Virus record (IMG/VR): IMGVR_UViG_3300045988_172523
Reading direction: 5' to 3' (one strand)
Source of the DNA: a virus
Length of the DNA stretch: 60,274 bases
This document shows positions 18,594 through 26,403 of the stretch, one piece after another. Position 1 is the first letter of the stretch. Every line of letters begins with the position of its first letter. The position numbers were made by a program, and so were the translations under genes. The notes below the pieces were generated by a model. The model made no database searches. It saw nothing but the letters and a program-made list of their open reading frames with translations, and was not told where the DNA came from.

Positions 18594-21500
18594 TTACGCC
18601 ACCTCGCGTATCGCCTTATACGCTGCCACGCTTTGCGCCCGGACGATTTTGCCGCGGAAGGCCAGACGAGAACCGATGTACGTGCTCGCATTCGAGGAAT
18701 CGTTGTTCGCATTCGACATCGAAACACCGCCATACGGGTTCGCGTTGTGGCTGCCACGATAGACCACACGGACTGTGGCGGTGCTTATCCAATACTTATC
18801 GGAATAGTAGGTAGAAGAAGATCCGTTCAGATTACCCACCGGAACCATGTCCATATACTTGCCGTGTGCCACGCCTGTTATCCATTGGTCACTGGCCGTT
18901 TTGCCCTGCACCCAGCGCACCGTGCCGTCCGGCATCCAGATGCGCCATTTGCCCACGTTGCCGCTGTTGTTCGGCAGATCCACGCCGTCCATCATGTCAT
19001 ACTTGTTGCCGTAGATGTCCTCATAGCCCAGGCAGCAGATATTGTTCACCTGCACCACGGTCGCCTGCCCGTATTCGTCCCGGCTCTTATACCAGGCAAA
19101 CTGGTGCACCAGGTCGTCAACCAGCGAATTCGTAATTTTGTTGTTGATGGCATACGCTTCATCGTAGCCTATGGTGTCTGTCATCCCATGCTCTGCCGTT
19201 CCGCCTGTTGTTCGGTTGTTGGTATGCTGTCCGGCACCGCACTGTTCCTGCATGTCCCTGCGCCCGTACCGTGCATAGCTCAGATTCGCGATGCGGCTGT
19301 GCATCAGCGAGTCTATCTGCTGCATGCCACGCTGCTGGCTGTAATAGTGGAAGTCCGTCCACGTCATGCTGGCAGTGGTCGAGCCGCCGGTTATGCAGGC
19401 GCGCAACTTGCTGCCCACTACAGAACTGCCCACAACGGCACACAGATGCTCCTCATTGGGCACCCAATCCGGTTCCATGTCCTCTATCTTGTCGCTGTTG
19501 CTCAGCACCACGCAGTCAAACTCTGCCGTGTTCAGAATGGAGAAATGCAGAGCCGTCGCACGCTCCGGAACGTCTGCTATCAGATACATGCCGGCTTCAA
19601 ATTTCAAGCCGATGGTCGGCACCACGATGCTCTTCAGGATGTTTCCTGCATCATCCACAAACACACTGCCGATAAGCCCCGTTCCTGGAACGCTCGGGAA
19701 GCGCACGCGCTTGTAGCCGGCTACGTCCACCTTACATACCGAATAGGTCTTGTCAGTCGTATAGGATTCCATCAACGTAGGCTTCCCGGTCATAATTTTG
19801 CGTTCACCCAGCCAGCCGCCCTGCGTTTCCTTAATGGTATCCAGTGTCAGCACTGTCGCCTCCGGAACAGGGGGCATTTCGTCCTCCGGATAACTGCTAT
19901 AGCAGGCGTACTTCTTGTTGTTCAGATAATCGTTGATACCCTTGCTCCAGTAGAACGGCTCATACATCATCCAGTCTCCCTCGCTGCCGTCCAGCTTCGC
20001 CACCGTGCAGTCGTTCATATCCTCCGCATCGGCATAGAAGTTCGAGCTTTCGTCATGCAGGGGGAAATAGGTCATCTCCCCGTCCGGGTTGTTCACTTCC
20101 ACCTGCTGCCCGGCCATCTCCACCTTCCGGCTCGTAGGCATCTTGGTCACCTTGGCCAATACGCGGTGGCGCTTGGACAGGATGGCATTCACATGCCCGC
20201 TCATTTTGTACGTATTGCCGAATTTGTACCCCGTCTTGTTGTCCAGGTTCGAAACATTGGCATCGTCGGCCACACTGTCGTCAAACTCAATCATCGTATA
20301 GGGCGGCTGCTTGATGGTCAGTTCCGGATAACGGGCGGCATACTTCTCCAGTTCCTCATCGGCCAGATACTTCGTCAGGGTCAGCTTACCGCGAAGGCCC
20401 GAGTGGCGGTCATCCACCGCACCCGTCTGCGTGTACGTTCCGTAGTCAAAATACTTCTTCAGCAGGCTTCCGTCGTCTTCCCGGTCTATCTCCAGCACAA
20501 AGCGCTCCAGCTTGCCGCTGCCGTTCAGTTTGGCCTGATGCAGGCGTTCCAGCATGGCAAATCCGTCGATGCCGGGGCAGTTGGTATAGCGGTAGCCCCG
20601 CACGTTGTTGATGCCTTCCAGCACCAGGCCGCTGTCCTGCAGCTTGGTCAGATACTCCAGGAACAGTTCCTCAATCGTGTCCGGCAGGCATAACTGCACA
20701 ACGGGCGCACCGGTGGCCAGCTTCACGCGGGTCAGCCCCGTACCTCTCACGTCCAGTTTCTTCAGTCGCCCCTGCCAGCTCAGGTCCAAGGTGGCCACGT
20801 TTCCGTTGTCCCCGTTCCGGGCCAGCAGGTTATTCCGCATGTTCACTTCTTCCAGCAGCAGCATCCCGTTGGTCGAAGCCATGAACGAGCCGTTCCGGTA
20901 ACCGCTGGCTTTCTCCACGCTCATGTCCAGTTTGACCAACGAGGTCAACAGACCGAAGTTGAAGCCGATGGCGAACGCATCCTCATGCCACACCAGTTCC
21001 TTGATTTTGGCCGCACCCACTATCTTCAGCGGGTCGTTCTCACCGAAGGCACGGGTCAGCTGCAGGGAGTGGAGCACGTCCGCATCCACCACACCGCTGT
21101 CGGCCTGTACGCCATTGCTGGTAGATAACTGCACACGGTACGGGATGGTCAGCCGGTACTGCATCGGTTTCAGCTTATAAGCCTTGTCCAGCGATGCCGT
21201 ACTCTGGTAGAACTGGGCACCCAGCGTAGATACATAGCCGTACTCCACCTGCTTCAGGTCGTACCGGCGCTGGATGAAGTAGTTCCGGTGCGCTTTCAGC
21301 GAACCCTTCAGACCGTAGATCTGCGGATAGGTCTGTTTCGCACCGTCCGCACCCACCGGCATTTCGTTCAGGAACGGATACACATACTTGAATATGCCGG
21401 ACTTGTTATACAGGCGCGAGCACCACTTCTTCATCTGCTCGGTATCGAAGTGGTCAATGGCTTTCTGGATACTGAAGGCACTCATGAAGCTGGTTCCGCC

Positions 21501-24500
21501 GTTCACGCCCTTGGTCATCACCTCCTCCAGCAGATTGCCCATGTTGCCCAGTATCAGGTTCCACAGCCAGCTGTTGTGCCCCTGCATCACATAGGCCCCG
21601 TCGCGCTTCGTCTGCCGGTTGTCGTCATACTTCCCGGTCAGGAACGACTTGTTGTCCGAACCCAGCTGGCAGTCACCATCGTAATAGGTTATCCACCACA
21701 TCACGCCGTCCCACGTCCGCACCAGCATGTTTTTTGCCAGCTGGTCCACGCCCAGGTTGAACTGTACATACAGGTAGTAGGCAGCCAGGTTGGGCAGGTT
21801 AAAATACTTCCCGGCTTCCTTCCTGAAGGTCGGGCTTGCCCACTTGGCGGTCGGGAACTTGTTTCCGTCATCCTCATAGTCCACCCCGTCAAATGTGTGC
21901 GACTCCTTGTTATAGGTCATGCCCTTGCCTGCAGGCGTTTCCTTCACACATCTGTAAAGGAAGCTCATCATGCGGTCCAGGGCCTTGTACATCTTGTCAT
22001 ACTTGTCACCGGTGCCCAGATGTTCCTTGATGTTCGGTTCTTCCTCGGCATCCCCACCGCCGTCGTTCCAGAACACGTCTTTCGGGTGGTTGAATTCGAA
22101 ACCGCCGTCAAAGTTGAAATCCATGAAGTCCGTATGGTCGGGCTCCGTGGACGGCAGCCAGCGGAACAGGCACAGGTCATTCGAGTTGTTCAGCGTCTCG
22201 ATGCAGATGGGCAGGTATTCCTTCGGCTGGTCGCCGTTCGCCTGCAGGTAGTTCAGGGTGTCGCCGGTTCCCCATTGCTCGCCGCCGATAGTCTTGTCCT
22301 GACCGAATATCGGGTAGCTGTCGCTCTTCTCGTTGTTCATGTTGTACTGGCCGTAATAGGTCAGGTCCTCATCCACGCTCTTGGCCACAAACAGGTCACA
22401 GGGCAAGCCGTCAATGGCCGAGCGTATATCTTCCTTGCACGTATCTGCATGGTCGGCGGCATACTGTTGGGCAGGGGTCAGGATTCCCATTTCCTTCATG
22501 CCGTCATGAATGAACTTCGCACCGCCCGTGTTGGTCGTCATGGAGGAGTCGGAAAAGTCACATTTCGCACAGGCAAGTTTCGCGCCCACCGAGTTGCCCC
22601 GCAACCGGAACAGGTTCTTCTTGCCCTCCGTAGCTGTCGGGTTGCTCTGCTGCCCGTTGCCGTCTATCTCGCCGTAGGTCATCCGTGCCGTATATCCGCT
22701 GGCTGTCTTCTGGAAGTAGAAGCGCAGGTTCTTGCGGGCATAGTTCACCGAACTGGTACCCTGGATGCGCAGATAGATGTCACGGGCTATCCAGTCCAGC
22801 GCCCGGTTCTCGCCGTTGTAGAATCTCACTTCCCGGCACAGCTTGTTGGCCTTCTTGTTGTTCAGCTGGGCCAGCGCATCCATCACGTTCAGCGTGTCGC
22901 TCTCGCTCGGCACCTCACTGCCCACGCTGCCCGTGCCTATCAGTACCAGGATCGAGTTCCGGCGTTTCTTCATCAGTCCCATCAGCTTCTCCATGCTCAC
23001 CGTGTCCCCCTCGTTCAGCACGCGGTTGTCCTCATCCAGCGAGCGCACGCCCGGTTCCCCGTCGGCATCTTCCAGGTGGTTGCGGTCCACGATATAGTTG
23101 TTCAGCACCTCGTCCGAGGTCAGCGCCTTGTTGTAGATGCGCACGCTCTTCACGTTCAGGTCCGCACCCGTTGACTTGAACTCCAGCTGGCTCTGGATGT
23201 TGAAGTTCACCTTGTCCAGCCACTTCGAGGCGGCACTTTCCTCACCGTTCACATAGAAGCCGATCAGCGTGCGCTGTTCGTTCGTTTGCACGTTCGGGTA
23301 GAACACATAGGTAATGCGGATGTTCGTGCCCGGCTGGAACTTCGTACCCACCGAGTCCTCATAGCGCAGCACCTGTCCGGCATCCATCGCCTCGGTCACC
23401 ACACCGGTCAGGAACTTGGCCTCTTCCGGGGTCACAATCAGCCCGTACCGGTTGCCGTTGTCCAGCTGCCCCAGGCAGGTGATCAGCTCGGCATTCGTGT
23501 CCGTCACGTTGGCCGTACTGTATTCTATCTCCAGCGTCATGCCCACGTCACGGATGGCAAATCCCTCGGGTTTGTCCGCCTCGTTGAAGGGACGATAACC
23601 GCCGTCGGCGGTCAGGGTCATGCCAGCACCGCCGGCCAGCAGCAGGCGGTCCTTGTGCCAGCCGCTACCTGCCCCGTATTCGTTCACGCTCCACAGCACG
23701 TCCCGGAACTCCATCCGCTTGTCACCGCTCACCCAGCTTGCCGGGTTGTTTTCCGTGTTGCTGCGCCCGAAGGCATCAAACGTACACACGGCATCCGGTG
23801 CCAGCGTAGCTTCAATGTCGGGGTGCGATGTCGTGTTCACCTTCACCTCAAGCACGGCATCACCGCACGACACGCGGTAGTCCAGCGGTTCCACATTTAC
23901 GTTCGTCCGCCCGTAGCTGCCGGTCTCGCCGCGCTGCAGCAGGTCTTCCTTCACCACACTGCCCTGATTCGTTACTTTCACGCGGGCCGTGTACGCATCG
24001 CGGTCATAGCCGGCATACGAAAAGCTCCATGCCGTAAATTGCTCTGCCTCCAGCACCGGGCGTTTCCAGTCGAGCTGGAATCCCGCAGCCCGGTGGCTGA
24101 ACATCATGCCGGCATAGGCCGTCACACCGCCGCCTGCCTTCAGTAGCGTAATGTAATGCACCCGGCTCACCACACCGGAGTTCTCATGCTGTGCGTAGGC
24201 TTCCACCACGTTCGTACCTTCCTGCATCTGCGTCAGGGGGATGGTCACGTTCTTCTGCTGCACCCCGCTGCCGGCAGAAAGACCGAGGGTAAAAGCCTGG
24301 CTGCCGTTCACACGGTAGTAGATGTTCTTCTCGCCGCTCGTACCCTTGGCCGTAAAGGGGATGTTCACGTCGTTCCGGTATCCGCCGTCGGCCAGCCCGT
24401 TGCCCACCGAGTAGGTCGTCTCCAGCGTCATGGCCACCATGGTCACCTTGGCCGTGGCTGTCTTAATTAGCGTGCCGCCCTGGTAGGTAGCCTGCGCCTC

Positions 24501-25151
24501 CACCTGCACGGTATAGGCGGTGGCATCCTTCAGGTAGGGCGATGCGTCAAAGGTGTAGCTCTGTCCGGCTGTCACACCCACAAATTCCGCATCCTGGAAC
24601 TCACTGATCACGGTCGAACCGCGTTTCACAATCACGCGGGCTTTCAGGTCGCTGTAGCCGTCCACCGTACCGCCACCGGCAGTACCCACGCCCACGGAGT
24701 ATTTCACCACAAAGCCGCTTCCCAGTGCCAGGTACTGCTGGGAGGGAAGTCCCGCGCCGCCGCTGTCTGTCAGGTCGATGTTCACCACCACCTTGTCGTC
24801 ATCCGTGTACTTGGAAAAGCGCACTTCCTTCGAGCTCTCGCCGCCCTGGTTATCCTTCTGCTTGACGGTCATCACATACTGGGTGCCGTCCTCACTGTCC
24901 TGCACATCCACGTCCGTCACCGTACCCACCATTGCATCAAACACCGTTCCGGATGTAGGGGGCTTCGTCTCGCCGCTCACCAGTTCCTCGGTTGGGGTAC
25001 GGTTTGACAGCTCTTTCTTCAGAAACGCTTCTACATCGTCCCCGGCATAGGCATGATAGGTGCCGTCCGGCTGTTTCTGGTTCCATGGTGTTTCAAGATT
25101 CATCGGATGTTCAGTCGCATTGATGATTCCGCTTATTTTCCTTTTTGCCAT
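18594..25151 (-). CDS. Giant tail fibre / receptor-binding protein (2185 aa), DGR target with C-terminal CLec/FGE-like VR
   Basis: The longest ORF in the window, located after the tail hub genes. Has a LamG-like segment (VRIYNKALTSDEVLNNY), an LRR-like segment (LKKLDVRGTGLTRVKL) and the VR in the last ~60 aa. Confidence 0.8.
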   Translation of the reverse strand: MAKRKISGIINATEHPMNLETPWNQKQPDGTYHAYAGDDVEAFLKKELSNRTPTEELVSGETKPPTSGTVFDAMVGTVTDVDVQDSEDGTQYVMTVKQKDNQGGESSKEVRFSKYTDDDKVVVNIDLTDSGGAGLPSQQYLALGSGFVVKYSVGVGTAGGGTVDGYSDLKARVIVKRGSTVISEFQDAEFVGVTAGQSYTFDASPYLKDATAYTVQVEAQATYQGGTLIKTATAKVTMVAMTLETTYSVGNGLADGGYRNDVNIPFTAKGTSGEKNIYYRVNGSQAFTLGLSAGSGVQQKNVTIPLTQMQEGTNVVEAYAQHENSGVVSRVHYITLLKAGGGVTAYAGMMFSHRAAGFQLDWKRPVLEAEQFTAWSFSYAGYDRDAYTARVKVTNQGSVVKEDLLQRGETGSYGRTNVNVEPLDYRVSCGDAVLEVKVNTTSHPDIEATLAPDAVCTFDAFGRSNTENNPASWVSGDKRMEFRDVLWSVNEYGAGSGWHKDRLLLAGGAGMTLTADGGYRPFNEADKPEGFAIRDVGMTLEIEYSTANVTDTNAELITCLGQLDNGNRYGLIVTPEEAKFLTGVVTEAMDAGQVLRYEDSVGTKFQPGTNIRITYVFYPNVQTNEQRTLIGFYVNGEESAASKWLDKVNFNIQSQLEFKSTGADLNVKSVRIYNKALTSDEVLNNYIVDRNHLEDADGEPGVRSLDEDNRVLNEGDTVSMEKLMGLMKKRRNSILVLIGTGSVGSEVPSESDTLNVMDALAQLNNKKANKLCREVRFYNGENRALDWIARDIYLRIQGTSSVNYARKNLRFYFQKTASGYTARMTYGEIDGNGQQSNPTATEGKKNLFRLRGNSVGAKLACAKCDFSDSSMTTNTGGAKFIHDGMKEMGILTPAQQYAADHADTCKEDIRSAIDGLPCDLFVAKSVDEDLTYYGQYNMNNEKSDSYPIFGQDKTIGGEQWGTGDTLNYLQANGDQPKEYLPICIETLNNSNDLCLFRWLPSTEPDHTDFMDFNFDGGFEFNHPKDVFWNDGGGDAEEEPNIKEHLGTGDKYDKMYKALDRMMSFLYRCVKETPAGKGMTYNKESHTFDGVDYEDDGNKFPTAKWASPTFRKEAGKYFNLPNLAAYYLYVQFNLGVDQLAKNMLVRTWDGVMWWITYYDGDCQLGSDNKSFLTGKYDDNRQTKRDGAYVMQGHNSWLWNLILGNMGNLLEEVMTKGVNGGTSFMSAFSIQKAIDHFDTEQMKKWCSRLYNKSGIFKYVYPFLNEMPVGADGAKQTYPQIYGLKGSLKAHRNYFIQRRYDLKQVEYGYVSTLGAQFYQSTASLDKAYKLKPMQYRLTIPYRVQLSTSNGVQADSGVVDADVLHSLQLTRAFGENDPLKIVGAAKIKELVWHEDAFAIGFNFGLLTSLVKLDMSVEKASGYRNGSFMASTNGMLLLEEVNMRNNLLARNGDNGNVATLDLSWQGRLKKLDVRGTGLTRVKLATGAPVVQLCLPDTIEELFLEYLTKLQDSGLVLEGINNVRGYRYTNCPGIDGFAMLERLHQAKLNGSGKLERFVLEIDREDDGSLLKKYFDYGTYTQTGAVDDRHSGLRGKLTLTKYLADEELEKYAARYPELTIKQPPYTMIEFDDSVADDANVSNLDNKTGYKFGNTYKMSGHVNAILSKRHRVLAKVTKMPTSRKVEMAGQQVEVNNPDGEMTYFPLHDESSNFYADAEDMNDCTVAKLDGSEGDWMMYEPFYWSKGINDYLNNKKYACYSSYPEDEMPPVPEATVLTLDTIKETQGGWLGERKIMTGKPTLMESYTTDKTYSVCKVDVAGYKRVRFPSVPGTGLIGSVFVDDAGNILKSIVVPTIGLKFEAGMYLIADVPERATALHFSILNTAEFDCVVLSNSDKIEDMEPDWVPNEEHLCAVVGSSVVGSKLRACITGGSTTASMTWTDFHYYSQQRGMQQIDSLMHSRIANLSYARYGRRDMQEQCGAGQHTNNRTTGGTAEHGMTDTIGYDEAYAINNKITNSLVDDLVHQFAWYKSRDEYGQATVVQVNNICCLGYEDIYGNKYDMMDGVDLPNNSGNVGKWRIWMPDGTVRWVQGKTASDQWITGVAHGKYMDMVPVGNLNGSSSTYYSDKYWISTATVRVVYRGSHNANPYGGVSMSNANNDSSNASTYIGSRLAFRGKIVRAQSVAAYKAIREVA
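18662..18774 (-). repeat. DGR variable repeat (VR) within the 3-prime end of the 2185-aa gene
   Basis: Encodes ...VRVVYRGSHNANPYGGVSMSNANNDSSNASTYIGSRL..., the same length as the TR and collinear with it. Confidence 0.75.
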
Positions 25152-25176
25152 AATACTGTCCTTTTATAATAATCAT

Positions 25177-25371
25177 TCATTTATCAGTTTTACTGCTACC
25201 GTTCCATGCGTCCGACCCGTTCCACGGCTCGTCGCCTTTCCAGTATCCAAGTCCGAAACAGCTGCTGATTGCGGACCATACCAGCCTTGCCCCGGCATAG
25301 ACAGCCGACAGGGCACGTTTTCCCACATACGCAGCCGTTATTTCCTTACCGCCTATGGTTATCATCGTCAC
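25177..25371 (-). CDS. Hypothetical small tail-region protein
   Basis: ORF coupled by a 4-nt overlap to the upstream gene. Confidence 0.4.
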   Translation of the reverse strand: MTMITIGGKEITAAYVGKRALSAVYAGARLVWSAISSCFGLGYWKGDEPWNGSDAWNGSSKTDK

Positions 25372-26093
25372 TCCTCCTCATAAATCAGATACAGCGTATT
25401 CGCATCCTTGTCCTGCAGTGCCTCATAGGCTTCCTCGCTCATCACCTCATGCCGGTAGGCCAAAAGTTTCAGAGCGCCTCCCGTGCCGGTATATATGGCA
25501 TCGCCCAGCAGGTAAAGCTTGTCCGGCAGGATGGCTGTCCGGTCCGCATTCATGAACATGCCGGCAGGGGGTACTCCCGCCACGTCCCAGTCCCCGTACA
25601 GGGTGGAGTCCATGTGGTAGGCAAATTTCCCGGCACCGGCCACATACACCACGTTGCCGCCCGGCTTGGTACTCTTGTCAGGCAAGACATTGCCTGTTTC
25701 CATCCATGAGGAAAAGCGTGCGGTAGCTCCGCCGACGGCTGCTGCCGTAGTCTGTTCCACCTTGGCAGCGGCATTTTCTGCCTTGGCTGCCGCTTCGTTG
25801 GCCTTGGTTGCGGCTTCCGTGGCGGCCTGGGTCTTTTCCTCCAGCCCGGCTACGGCTCCTTCCGCTTTCTTGGCGGCAGCCTCGGCTCGGGCGGCGGCAT
25901 CGCTCGCAGGCTTACCTATCAGTTCCAGGGGGACGTTCACCATTTTCCCGTCCTTCTCACCGGGCAGTGATTTCACACCGCTCAGCGAGGTGACGGTTTC
26001 CAGATCCTCCACACCGATAGAGGACTGGAGTACACGGTCCAGCACTTCCTGAACCATTTCTTCTTGCGTCATTTCTGCCATAAATCTATTCAT
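25368..26093 (-). CDS. Tail fibre-associated protein with Ala/Glu-rich coiled coil
   Basis: AAARAEAAAKKAEGAVAGLEEKTQAATEAATKANEAAAKAENAAAKVEQ segment. Synteny. Confidence 0.5.
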   Translation of the reverse strand: MNRFMAEMTQEEMVQEVLDRVLQSSIGVEDLETVTSLSGVKSLPGEKDGKMVNVPLELIGKPASDAAARAEAAAKKAEGAVAGLEEKTQAATEAATKANEAAAKAENAAAKVEQTTAAAVGGATARFSSWMETGNVLPDKSTKPGGNVVYVAGAGKFAYHMDSTLYGDWDVAGVPPAGMFMNADRTAILPDKLYLLGDAIYTGTGGALKLLAYRHEVMSEEAYEALQDKDANTLYLIYEEE

Positions 26094-26391
26094 CTATCAA
26101 TTTTACGATCTGTGAATAACATCCTGGGGTTAGCCCGATTACAGACTCTTTTATAAGTATAGCATCCTCAGCACTAATGGATAAATCCCCGTTTGCCTGT
26201 ATGAGACGCATGCACAATTCATACGAATGGATTTTACGGCTGCTATCCTTATTAGAATCACCGGATGATCGAGCACCTTCCCCATTAAAAAGGCATTGGG
26301 CTATAATATCTGTCATCAGCTGGACTTTTCCACCGACTATGAGGTCATTCCCTCTATAATCCTTAAACGTCTTGTTAAAATTCACCTTCAT
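26086..26391 (-). CDS. Hypothetical protein (AT-richer module)
   Basis: ORF of 101 aa that overlaps the next gene by 8 nt. Confidence 0.45.
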   Translation of the reverse strand: MKVNFNKTFKDYRGNDLIVGGKVQLMTDIIAQCLFNGEGARSSGDSNKDSSRKIHSYELCMRLIQANGDLSISAEDAILIKESVIGLTPGCYSQIVKLIDE

Positions 26392-26403
26392 AACTATTCA
26401 TTT

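Noticed and set aside
18588-23174. Long plus-strand ORFs (18588..20693 of 701 aa, 21288..23174 of 628 aa, and several shorter ones) opposite the 2185-aa fibre gene
   Set aside because: They are Arg/His/Val/Pro-rich low-complexity translations antisense to a gene with clear domain content and a VR. Such shadow ORFs are expected in GC-rich DNA.
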